Assembly (NCBI RefSeq): GCF_032062105.1
Contig: NW_026928013.1
Location: forward strand, 1 to 64,000
Source: Saccostrea cucullata
Taxonomy: Eukaryota
Length of the DNA stretch: 64,000 nucleotides
Direction of reading: 5' to 3'
A model generated the notes under the pieces. The model did no database searches and had not been told where the DNA came from. It saw only the letters and a program-made list of their open reading frames with translations. Positions within the stretch are counted from its first letter, which is position 1; the number at the start of each line of letters is the position of its first letter. The translations under genes and the position numbers were made by a program. Shown here piece by piece: positions 49,737 to 61,916 of this stretch.

Positions 49737-52149
49737 CTCTTATCAGAGGGTCAAGAAACCTTGTAACATTATCGACTTAAAGACCCAATTTTTTTACCGT
49801 ACGGTTACCTGAGAAGGGGGAGTGGTCCAAGTAACAGTGATGTTATTTACCTGGAGACCCCCAATACACAAGATGTCAAAAATCTATATACACGTAGCAT
49901 TACACAGGAAGTCTGTGTCTGGTGATCAGGGTCAACATTCTGTGTTTCGTGTCTAAATTTGAGTGAAACTACGTGAAATGATTGAAATATTTCAATATAT
50001 TTATCTATTTATACTTTCAGCGATATCTAATGAATAAAAAAATGTAAAGAAATATAGTTTTTATATTCAAAAAATATTGTAAAATTAACGAAAAGAACAC
50101 AGAGTAAAACTACAAAGTAAACATATCTTTTTATTTTAAATTAAACTTGTGTAAATAACAAAATTAAAAAAATAATAATAAAACATTCCATTCATAGGCC
50201 TACCCGTCGTGTGAACATATACAATGTACCGCGATAGGAATATTGCTTACGTTCTGACCAACAATAATGTCGAAAATATTCACCATTTCCGGGTGTTCGT
50301 GTGTTTAATTTTTTTTATTGTTTGCAAGATTTCTTTCATACGTACTTTTAAGAATTCATCTTTGGCTTCATATATTCACTGTTTAATTTCGAATGTTGTG
50401 TATTGACAGACGTTAGGAAATTCGAACTAAAAGTTACAATCTCGAAACTCGTTTCTGACATTTCAGAACTTTACAACATGTACAACGCAACATGGTGTAA
50501 ATTGTATTCATATATACATAGCATCATAGATAAAACATGATATAAAGGAATTTTTTTTATCCATGCCGTTTGTGCTAAATATCTTTTCTTATGTTTATCA
50601 TATTCCAATTTTAATCGGCAAATAGCGTTTCTGTGAACGGACCAGTCTCAATTCGACAGCAGATATCTTGGACGAAATATCGCCTAAAATACAATTATAA
50701 CCGTTGAGATTGAAAGCATATACATGTATTTTATGAAGTCATGTATTAATTATCTACTCTCAATTGTTTTTTAATTAAAAATTTACCAAGATTCTTTTTT
50801 TAACCCCCGTGTACACAAGGCGGCTACATGAAAGTGTTTGATGCGTGACCAGGCAATCGTTTTCAAAGGACACCAATTCAGATTATCAGGTAGCACGGGT
50901 AGCTGGCCTGTCAATCAATTCAGAAGCTATTGTTTTTTTTAATGATTGACAGGCGGTAAATTATTGATCTTGAATCAGGTAGATTTTGGGGGCGTTAACA
51001 TAAAATTGGGTGTTTAATTACATTTAATTGTATTCTTTGTAAGTGATAAGAGTTACAATAAAGCTACCGAAATTTTCTATGATGTTTCACTATCTACACT
51101 GTCTTAAATGTCTTAAAGTATGTTCGTATTTTAAAATAAAATTAAAATCAACCATTGATTCATTATTATGTATATCTAGTATACAAATTTTGTAGCAATC
51201 TAAATATTTGTTTTTAATCTCATCAAAGATCTGAACAATTCCTATTGACTAACATTTTGAATCTCATAAATCATAATATTTAAAACATAGCCGACATGAA
51301 TATAATTCCAGGACCTTTCCTTCTATTTGTTGCATTATAGCACGAAACTGGGAAGACAAACTATAAGTTAACTTTCTGATTTAATTTTACCAGATATTTT
51401 TTAAAAAGCGTCCTATTTTTTCTTGTGTGCTGTATTTAAGCGCGGGGGTGGGGGTGGTGGGGAGGGGGAGGCTACTTTTTATGCACACACACACGACTTG
51501 CCGTCTTAGACTTATTGCTTGAATAAACGTGCGTATATATATCTTGTAAGCAATGTGTCTTTTTCCTAATGAAGTGTAAAATAGTAATAAACAGTATTGT
51601 TTTACAAAATATGAAAAGGAATACTCCTAAATATTGTTCTGAATGTATACCATTTATTCAAAATTAAGAAAGAGAAAATATTTTCTGATATTAATAGTCA
51701 TATTTTCTCACACATCCCCGCTCTTGTTATACGCTTTGCAAACGTTTCACATTGATAAATTAAATGCACGTTGTTTGAAGTTCCATTCCATAAGAAATTT
51801 CTCATATATAAAGACTTCACTGTTTTCTGGTGATGGACTCAAAATTTAGACCTACAATGTACATTGTATACTTAATGCATAAGGAAGTTTCTTAAGAACT
51901 TATATATCTACAGCAATCAGGAATTTATACAGTTGTTATAAGGAATTCCTTGTAACTACTGATCTATACATACAGTTTACTGTTCTCCGCCCTAATTTTT
52001 CACCCTCTCTGTACAAACAGAAGGGAGATATACGGCCCATCTGGAGAACTTCCTCATCTTTAACTGAAATGTCTTTCAATATCAAATATCCCTTCCTTGT
52101 GATCATAAAACTTTAAGATACTTTTTTTATATGATTTTTTCCCTCTGCG

Positions 52150-52620
52150 CCTTTAAGCTAACCTGATCGTCTTTTTTCCAGCCTCTGTCCGTGTGTCTGT
52201 CCTTAACATAGTTTCAATTTCATCTCAAGAATCATTGAGACTACTTCAACCAAACTTGGCGCACAAAATTCTCTAGTTAAGTGGATTCTGAAATTGTTCA
52301 AATGAAGGTCGGCGCTCATTCAAAGGAGAAATTATAATAATTTTTTTGGAAAAAGAGTAGAAAAGGGGAACAAAGATATGGTAGAATTCATATGAAAAGT
52401 CATTTCGATGAACACTGGGCTAGAAAAAAACTTAAAGAGATAGCATTCTGTGATGTATATAGGGGGTGAATCATCATGCAGTTCTTCAAATCATAGCTCC
52501 CGTATATACCGGGACTGTCCGGGAGGGTATAGGGTGGGATCATTTATATGGGATCAATGATTGATATATAAAAGAAAATACTTTTTTAAATTTTAAGAAG
52601 CAATATGGATTATGCAACTA
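52150..52620 (-). mobile_element. Decayed Helentron-associated (CvA/pearl-like) repeat
   Basis: agctaacctg...gtccgtgtgtctgtcc...catctcaagaa...ttcaaccaaacttggc...ttcaaatgaagg motifs, typical of oyster interspersed repeats. Confidence 0.45.
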
Positions 52621-53848
52621 TTGGCATTTTCGTCTATAAGTAAAATGAATCGCTGCTTTAATCTCATCTTTTTTCATTTTTTTTTTTTGAATGTATTTTT
52701 TAAATCGTATTTATTTGTTGCGAGAAATCATGCTTCTGTTGAGGTTGGAACATCCTCTTTTACATACATTTTGTACTCTTAGACACATTTCGTACATTTG
52801 TTGAATAAGGCCCACTTAATCATTCTGAGTTAGCAAGAATTATAAAAAGAAATTAATAACCTATATCCGCCTTTCTGTTATCGTCAGATCTATGTCTTTT
52901 ACTCCCCCTAGTCTTCTCTTTGAACAAAGTACAAAACTCTTTTGTGAACTCATTATTTGTATTGTAATATTAAGTGGGGATATCACTAGTGTGCCTCCTT
53001 CTTTAAGTTTCTTTCTATATAAAAAAGGGGCGTACATCGCCCTTCGAAAATGGAAATCTTAACCGTGTGTTTCAATTTGACGAGAAAGGTTTTACAAAAG
53101 CTACAGCGAAGTTTTATTTAATTTTTTAATTCGTTTTAAGTTTCTGTAAATAATGGACGCATTAGAAATGTGGTATCGATTGGAATGTCAATACTAAAAG
53201 ATAGACGAACGTAATACTCCAAAAACAGATGAAAGACCGGTCACTGAACATATCTGTTTGTCTTCAAACACAAGATTACTTTATAATAAAAGAAGGAAAA
53301 TCCCCAGAATCGGAATTAAATCATGTACAGTTTTCATAAACTGACTCGGACAGGGGGTCTCTATTTCATGAAACTCGATATGTGGAGTGCATTCCTCGAT
53401 TAGTGCTCATATTTCACACTTCAGATTTACTTGTACAAAAATTGGAAAATCAAATTTGGCTTGCTGTCTTTAAAAAAAAACCTAAAAACTCCTCTCCCCA
53501 GTAATGCCCAAATACTTATAGATCTAGTTAGCAAATGCTCTTTTTGTTTGTTTGTTTGTTTGAATGTTTTATGGGCTTTCTTTCAATTAGATATAGATGA
53601 AAAATTAGAATACTATATCAATAGCATATCAAAATATGGACCATAATTAAAATACCAGCAACGCTGAAACTATTCATGACGCCATGAAGTTTCCCCCCAA
53701 ACTTCTCGAGCAGCATATTTGACATCTTAAACTACAACGTCACAATCGATAGGACGTCGTCGTTTACACAGAAACTGATGACGTCAATCGATTGTCTTGA
53801 AACTACATGTTATGGAACCTTTAGCAACAACAAGTAAATGTTTACGAT

Positions 53849-55108
53849 ATGAGCATCGAACCTGAACTTAAAAAACGCAAAATGGAGCCACATATTGGAG
53901 GAGATAACGGGACTGTCCAAAATGATTCTTCGAAATCTGTTCACAATTTGGCATCTCAATCAGCGAGTGGCGATTTTGGAGCGGACGATTTGCACCAGTA
54001 TGTAATGGCATTACCAGGAGAGGAGGGCGAGTCAAACCCTGCCAACTACAAGATCATTCGTCAGGGGTGTGCCCTGGGGGACGAGTGGGTCCAAACATAC
54101 CCTCCGCCACTTAGCTCGTATCCTGCTCGAAGCATCAGAACTGGAAACAGTTTCTATGATAGTTTTGTTCATAATATTACAAAGTTAGCAGGTTTTCGAC
54201 CCCTGAGAACATTAGCTAAAGGAAGATCAGGAGCGATTATATTAGCTCAAGACCTACACAAGGTGAACCATTATAAAGAGAGCGAGTATATCCCAGTGGT
54301 GCTGAAACTGAACTCCTCCAAACCGCGACGGAAAACCAAAATCACCCTCAAAACAGACATGGATGAGGAAATGAGAATTTTCAAAGAGTTAAATCATTGT
54401 AACATTGTCTCTTGGATTAGCAACATAAGCTGTCATGGTCGAATCGGAATCGTTATGGAATTTTGTGAAAATGGGAATTTGGAACAGATACTGCGAATAC
54501 ACGATGCACGTTTTTTAACAGAACCCGTATGTAGGAGATATTTCAGAAATATCTTTGACGCAGTAGAGTATATTCACCTACAAAATATTGCCCACAGAGA
54601 CATCTGCACGCAAAACGTCTTCTTAACTTCTCAAAATACTCTAAAGTTAGGAGATTTTGGACATGCTGTGTATTTCTTTACAGGAGATCAGTTGCTAAAG
54701 GACGAGTGCGGAACCATTGGGTTTCAAGCCCCAGAAATCGTCAACGAGGAAGCATACAATCCTAAATATGCTGACATTTGGTCATTAGGCTGTACCCTGT
54801 ACCGTATGTCTACCGGTCGGCTTCCTTTGGGAGTAATCCCTAACCAAATCAAGGAGCGTGCATCCAAAGAAATCCAGTTTCCAGAGAAGCGTGTTTTGGA
54901 TATTTCGCAACCTCTGAGAGAGATCGTCCGTGGCGCCCTCGCCTTCAATCCTGGTCTACGCTTTACTTTGAATCGGATCAAACATTGCGATTGGATAAAG
55001 GATTCCTGTAGTAAAGTCCAGATAGGGAACTTTCACATAATTCGACAACCTCGGAAGATCCGAGAAGGGGAGGTGGAACAAGCGCTCAAGAAGCGTTATG
55101 AAATTTAA
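53849..55108 (+). CDS. Intronless testis-specific serine/threonine kinase (TSSK)-like CAMK-group kinase, 419 aa
   Basis: VVLK lysine, HRDICTQN, GDFG, CGT..FQAPE, YNPKYADIWSLG. The YxPK..D.WSLG segment and single-exon structure are TSSK-like. AATAAA at ~55185. Confidence 0.8.
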   Translation: MSIEPELKKRKMEPHIGGDNGTVQNDSSKSVHNLASQSASGDFGADDLHQYVMALPGEEGESNPANYKIIRQGCALGDEWVQTYPPPLSSYPARSIRTGNSFYDSFVHNITKLAGFRPLRTLAKGRSGAIILAQDLHKVNHYKESEYIPVVLKLNSSKPRRKTKITLKTDMDEEMRIFKELNHCNIVSWISNISCHGRIGIVMEFCENGNLEQILRIHDARFLTEPVCRRYFRNIFDAVEYIHLQNIAHRDICTQNVFLTSQNTLKLGDFGHAVYFFTGDQLLKDECGTIGFQAPEIVNEEAYNPKYADIWSLGCTLYRMSTGRLPLGVIPNQIKERASKEIQFPEKRVLDISQPLREIVRGALAFNPGLRFTLNRIKHCDWIKDSCSKVQIGNFHIIRQPRKIREGEVEQALKKRYEI

Positions 55109-58100
55109 GTTTTAGTATGCCTAGAGAATCTTCAATCATGTGTCTCATTTCCGGCCCATGTTCCTCATTTAATTCTTGAACAGCAATAAATTTTTATCAA
55201 ATTGATGCAATACATGTATATCAGTAAAACAAGTTTTAGTCCTATTTTAGATGTCAAAGTAACTTTTTTATATATCAGGTCTTATAAACCAAACTGTTTT
55301 GATAAATCATATGAAAGAAATTACCAATCTTTTTTTTAAAATTATCATTACTATTCCATTATGTTCAATTAAAAAAATGAGTGTTCTTAATTAAAAGGAA
55401 TTTTTAGTCTTTCCGTATAGTGTACATCAAAAATTATATAAAAGATTTTCAATTTGAACATCTTCAATATCGGATTCCATCAAAAATATGTCAAAGCTTG
55501 AATCAAGATTATTTGACCAATAACGGTATAGAATGCTCGTGAAAAAAGATTCCGTCTTATTAATGTACAGGATTTTCTGTGGCATCGATCGCCTTATTAA
55601 CGAAGCCAGTTACAGAACTGACTAACGAAAGAAGAAGAAAAACATTTTTCACCGATAATGACCGGCAAAATAATGGAAATACTATAACAATAGAATCTGC
55701 GCAATATTCTTAGTTAAAAATATTTCTCTTGTTTAATCCGTTTACGTCTATTTCTTTGGTATTCAATGACTACATGCTCATTAATTTTACAACGTTCGAT
55801 ATTGTAAGATATTTTTTATTTTTAATAAAAAGTGGAAGGTATAATTACTGATAACGATGAAAACTTACGTAACAAAAAAAAATGTTGACGTGCTATTTTC
55901 TTGAGAGAATTTATTGAGTATAAGATGATGTGAAATGTCAAATCATGACGTGAAAGCAGAATAATTAAAAGTGTTCAAAACGAATACATCGAGTTAAAAC
56001 ATTTCATAGAAATTCTTGGGATGCTTATTTCCCTCCTTATTTTCAAACTTGTATAATTATATGCAGGAGCTCGAGTGAGTAAATGTATATAATGTATTTT
56101 GACAGAATTAGATGGCCTTTCTTACAAAAAATCATTTTATTTAGTCGTCATTTAAACAATTTTCCTCAATATAACTACAACTAAGCAACTCTTAAAATTA
56201 TTGTTTATATCTATTAAACTGTATTACATTAAGATATTTTCATGCAATAATATTCATTTTATGCTTCTTAGTTTGATTTGTTACATTTTCAATCCACTTG
56301 AAAAAATTATGAAAATGTAAACTTGAATAACAAGTAGAGAAACCGTAAAATTTTAACAATATTCACATTTAATTTTTAATTTTGAAAAAAACTATTTTCC
56401 TTTAAAAATAAAAATGTATGTGAAACGACATGCTATTCAAAGTACGTGTACCACATCCACATTAGATGTAATATATATTTACATGTATTCAAACCGTGTG
56501 GTTTTAATGAATTCGAATTACATGTTTGTTTATTTAATTTGCATTTTTGACGCCTAGACATTCTTCATCTTCCATTCTGTTTAGATGATCCTTGTGTAAG
56601 TCCTGATAACTTCTTTTAAAAAAAATAACAAATCGACAAACTACGCAAGAAATGTTACCCTGTTCCTTATAATTATAGCCTCATCGCAGAATTCACAATG
56701 CACAAAAGAGTGAAACACAGATGTAATACATTTATTTATTATACTAAAGTTTGAATTCTACCTTACAATTTTATAACTTCCTACTGGTAAACCAATTTAT
56801 GTCTTTATTTGATATTGAACAATAATTAATAATGTCCTCCTTGGACCTTAAAGATCTCTGTTTGACTTTCTCAAGGATGTTCTTGATGTGTGTGTTTTTT
56901 TCGGGGGGGAGAGGGGTCTTCATACACTAGCTAGAACAAGGACTATTTTCTTCCAATTTAAAATTTTTAAAAATTGTTTCAATTGTCCTTACAAAACATT
57001 ATAGATTTACAAAAAATATACTAAACAGATTACAAATGTACAAGTAGCATCAACATTCCGTTAAACAAAACAACTCAACCACTCAACAAGGATGTCGTAA
57101 TATGTTTGAAAGGAAAAGGGCATTTGTATATTAATCTCACCTGAACCATAATCTGAAATAAACATCTGCATGACCGCTCGCACTCGTGAAAAATCAAAAA
57201 TCCTGGCCCAATCGTGAAATAAATTCCACTTTCAACTACAAAACATTAAATATCCTCTATTTATTTGTAAGAATTCACGAGGACATGAACAATACGAAGC
57301 TGTATGGCAGAAGATGTTCAAAAACGTTTGTTAACTTTCAGTATCTAGACAACAGTTTAAGTTTTCTAAAATACTATCACCCATATACATGTACATTACT
57401 TTACATTAATCCTCCTTGGCATTGGTTTTTGGAAAGGAGTTCTGTTTTTTCCGCAAAGAATGCGATGCGTTTTGATTTTAAGCAATAACTGACCATTTTC
57501 CATGATTTTTCATATATATGCAATCTTTTTCAAATACTATTTGGAAATACTTTAGCATACCGGTATTTGGACAGAGTAGAATTTTGTGATTATTATAGTT
57601 TTTGTTGCGAGTTTTCGAAGAAAAACTCAATTTATAAATTCATACAAGGTACATATAAATAGGGTATCCCATTGAAAAAAGTTAACCACCCCCTTCCATA
57701 TCTTTGTTTCCATTTCATATATAGCTTTTTTATCTCTACTTCTATATGCATGTAACTATGTTACAATTAATCTGTGAATATTCTCTTACTTTATCCAGTT
57801 TTTCAAGTAGATTATTTCTTTTATTTTTTAAACCATCTTCTTTCCATGAAAATTCGATACAGTGTCGGAATTTTTTATACTGAGTTGTTCCAAATCATAC
57901 TTTAAATTTTGAAGATCCTGACCAACTATTTTTAAGGAATTTCAATAAAATTTCATCAACAAAATATTTTTTGATGAATGTCAATGAGTTGTACATTGGA
58001 ATCCCTAATAAAATTACAGAAGAATAATATGTTACAAAATCTAATTCAGTATCTGTAATCTTTTCATCTAGCTGTAATAAAATATAGATCTAGTAATTTT

Positions 58101-59218
58101 TTTTCATTGTAAAATATATACATGTAATTCCCTTGAATTCATGACAATGAATTTATAAAATTTAAAGCTCAGATATTTTGAGTACTATTTGTTGAATTAT
58201 CGCAAATACAACTTGATTGCATTCCAAACGACAGATGATGTCAGTTGGATGGTACATCCCGTCAAATCAATGACTTATTTACTCTAATTTGTTTAGGATA
58301 TTTCAATAAAAAGGGGTATATGTGGAAGAAGAGAGGTCATACATATCTATACATTAGTATATCAAACATTACCCAAAACTTACCTTCAATTTCAGTTGTG
58401 ATGGTGCTTCTTGAACATTGTATAATAGATCCGGAGCTACAATATTACACAAGAAAAAGGGACAATTCTAAAATGATCACCTTGTCTTCAGTGGTGATTT
58501 TTACCAAAATGAAATCAAAAGTACTTGCAATTGAATAAATCAAGAGAAATCAGGAATAGAATGTTATAAAATGAGCCAATTATTTTAATAAGGTGAGATT
58601 TTCGACCCCTAGAGGAATAGGATCTAAGAATAATGAGGGTGCATTTGGGCGCTCTGTTTTAATTAGCACTAAGGCAGTAAGTGTAACGAGAAAAGTCACA
58701 GCCAAAATTTCACTAACGAGAAGGGTCCATGTTTTTTCAACAAATCAATCTCGCCTTAATGAGACTTTCGTCTATGAGGATCTGGTAGTTGGATTCAAGC
58801 TTTCGACGTCTGGCAGTATTTTATCAATATCTTTATCTGAGATGCATTGATGACTTTTAGTATACCCTGTATATCTTATATCTACAGACACATAAACTTG
58901 GACGCAAATGAGGGGAGACCAAATCATTACCAGTGTCACGTGACCCTATCTGATGTATAGTGCTCACTCTCCATCGTATATCATTATAGATTCTGATCAT
59001 CAGATTTATGCAGTGTTAATAACCTCGAGGAATATTCTGGTGTAAATACAACGATTATTTTAAAAACCAATTTTAGTCATTTATCTATTTCCACTCAAAA
59101 CATACTATAACATTAATAAAAATTAAATTTTTATATATGTACGCACTGAGGTGATTAAAGAACTGATTCCTAATGATGGGTAGTATATGTAAAATTGGGG
59201 GGGCTGTTTTGTTTTATA

Positions 59219-59249
<31 letters not shown>

Positions 59250-61916
59250 GTTTCTTCATTGACAAGGCTCTCACAGTTCTGTGGGAGATAAATTTATCAT
59301 TCAATAAAATTATCATATTAATCAAATAGTTGAAAGTGTGACATGAGACGATTCCAACAACTTAAGAAAGATAACTCAATTAGCAAGACCCGTTTTAAAC
59401 CAAATCCGCGATAAGATCTAGAGTTATTCCTCTTTCACTGTTGAGGAATACAACGCGTAATTATTGACGTGACGGAGTTTTGAAATTGCTTTGTAAATAT
59501 ACTCTTTAAAAATATAATAATAAAATAAAAGACAAATCATTTATATATAAAACATTATAAGGAAAGAATTGTTCGCAATATTTCAGATATTTCGCCCTGA
59601 CCTCAAAAAGTCAAGTATTTTAAAAATTACTTTAAATCCATTTAGACTTTAGAATCACATTCCATTAAATCAATGATATATATGACCTTTTATTACAGCA
59701 TTTTTTCTCTATTTTGTGTTTTTTAATTCTTTTAAAATCGTTAAAATTAACCCCTTCCCCTTCCCGCCCCCTAACAGAGAGAAAACTGAAGGTTCTTTTT
59801 TAGTTTGACCCCTCTCCGAACCCCTCATATATTTCTCCTTTTTTCAAATGTTCACTACACTTTTTTCCTTCTCTGATATTTAAGTGGTGAAATAAGAAAT
59901 GAGAGATACTTCTAATTCAGTGTCCAAGCAACATGTAGAAAAGTTTGAAGCAAAAATTGGTAGTCTGACTTTTAACATGGCATCTCTGTTCTAAAAACGA
60001 CAATCAGGCCAGTACCTCACTAATACATGCACTTTGACTCATTTTATTTTTAATAGGAGTTCGTTTGCAAAATATGGAATATCGTTTTTGCTTAACAGGA
60101 CTAAACTTAAAAACATTTGTATCAAAGTTATCTAAGAATCAGTAAGGTGATCATCTTTTACGTCATAATAAAGTCTCTACAGAATTATGAAAAAGTTCTC
60201 ATTGTTTGTCATTTTTCCATTTATAAAAATCGAGGTAATCCTATCCACTGTTCATTGATAGTAAGTTACGACACAAATCTATTTTATCCGAGGCATGTCC
60301 CACACAAAGAATTCTTTGTAAAAGGTAAAAACAAACCTTTGTAAAATTACATCATAGGGGTTCCAGGAAGACATTTTCGTTACCTCGAAGGAGTGAATAT
60401 AATTGTAAAATAAGCTCATATCTACAGCACAGTCAAAAGTTTTGAAAAGAGAAAAATGCGGAAGTGATAAACGCATACGAGTTGGGGTAAAAATTTGACA
60501 TGTGTTCAGAAAATTTAAAAATAACTCATTGCATCATCCGTGTTTGAATATGGTAATTAGGGGGGGTTTAAACTAATAATTACTCAATCGAAACAGTTCA
60601 GGTTATATAAAGAAGAGTTGATGTGAGTTCATTAATTCGTTCATGTACAATTACTGGTTTCCTATAGTTTACATGTGATTCACTCTGTTGATCTACTTAT
60701 GTATGTTCTGTATATAAGTAGCTGATAAGGTAGCAGGGATTTTTGATAAAAACAAACTTTGTTTTCTTGGAAGTGAATTTAGGACAGAAAGAACAAATGT
60801 AAGTATCAGTTTCTAAGAATATACCACCTTTAGAAAAGATATACAAAAGTTTTACCATCTATATATCTTTATATACGTGATAAAAATTGATTTTTCAGTA
60901 AAAGATACACATCTTTTGTATGCAATAAACCTTTTAATTTTGAATGGGCACAAATGCAAAAATTATTTTAAAACAAAATTGTGCTTTATAAATTGGAAAA
61001 TTTGCCCCACTCCCACTGTTTTTCGGACCCAAAATATATTTATCAGTTTATTTAGTGTGCAATTATGTACAAAGAACTTGGCAGTTATATAGTAATCAGG
61101 TATTGTTTAATTAAAAAATATATACAAATTTTAACTTTAGTTTACATATTATTTACACACAAATGAAATAAAACACAGGTGGTGTAAAATTATTTGTAAA
61201 TTTTATTTTGATTGAATTAACTTTGTAGTACATAAAGTTATTCATTTACATATTACACATTCATTGACATGTATAAATCTGACTATGCACACGTCTGAAT
61301 CCGGTTTACATGTCTTCTGTTGACATCACAGGTAATTGTTTTCGATCAGCTGATCGATCATTATACAACTGGTCAATGTAATATATACGACTAGGACAGC
61401 TGTAGGAAATATATATGTAACGGTATATATACCAAATTCATTTATCCTTTCGCTAAGTCTAGACTCGATGTTTTGGGGCTATCTTTTAAAGGTTAAAACA
61501 GATAAACCTGTAAATTAAAATAACTTTGGGGTGCAGACAAGTTGCATCACAACAGCTGACACCTGATATCGCGTCCTATTTCTTTATCAGTCGTGAACAG
61601 CATCAAATACGTTCTTTTTCTATCTAGTCCCTCTCCAGATCGGAGGTTACTTTTCATCAGGGTGTAAAATCACATAGGCAAGTCAGTTTATTTTTTTTTT
61701 TTTAATATCTATACATCCTTTTTTAATTTGTTCATTGTTAAGAAAAAAGGAAAAGATTTATCGATATACATGCATTTAAATTATTTTTTCAATTTTGAAA
61801 CGGGGTGGGGCCGTGGAGAAAGACCGTAAAGTAAAATGGTGATGCCAAAGGAAAGAAAATGAACATTTATTTTCTTCTTAATTTTGATCACTAAATTTAA
61901 ACTTTCAGAAGTAACA

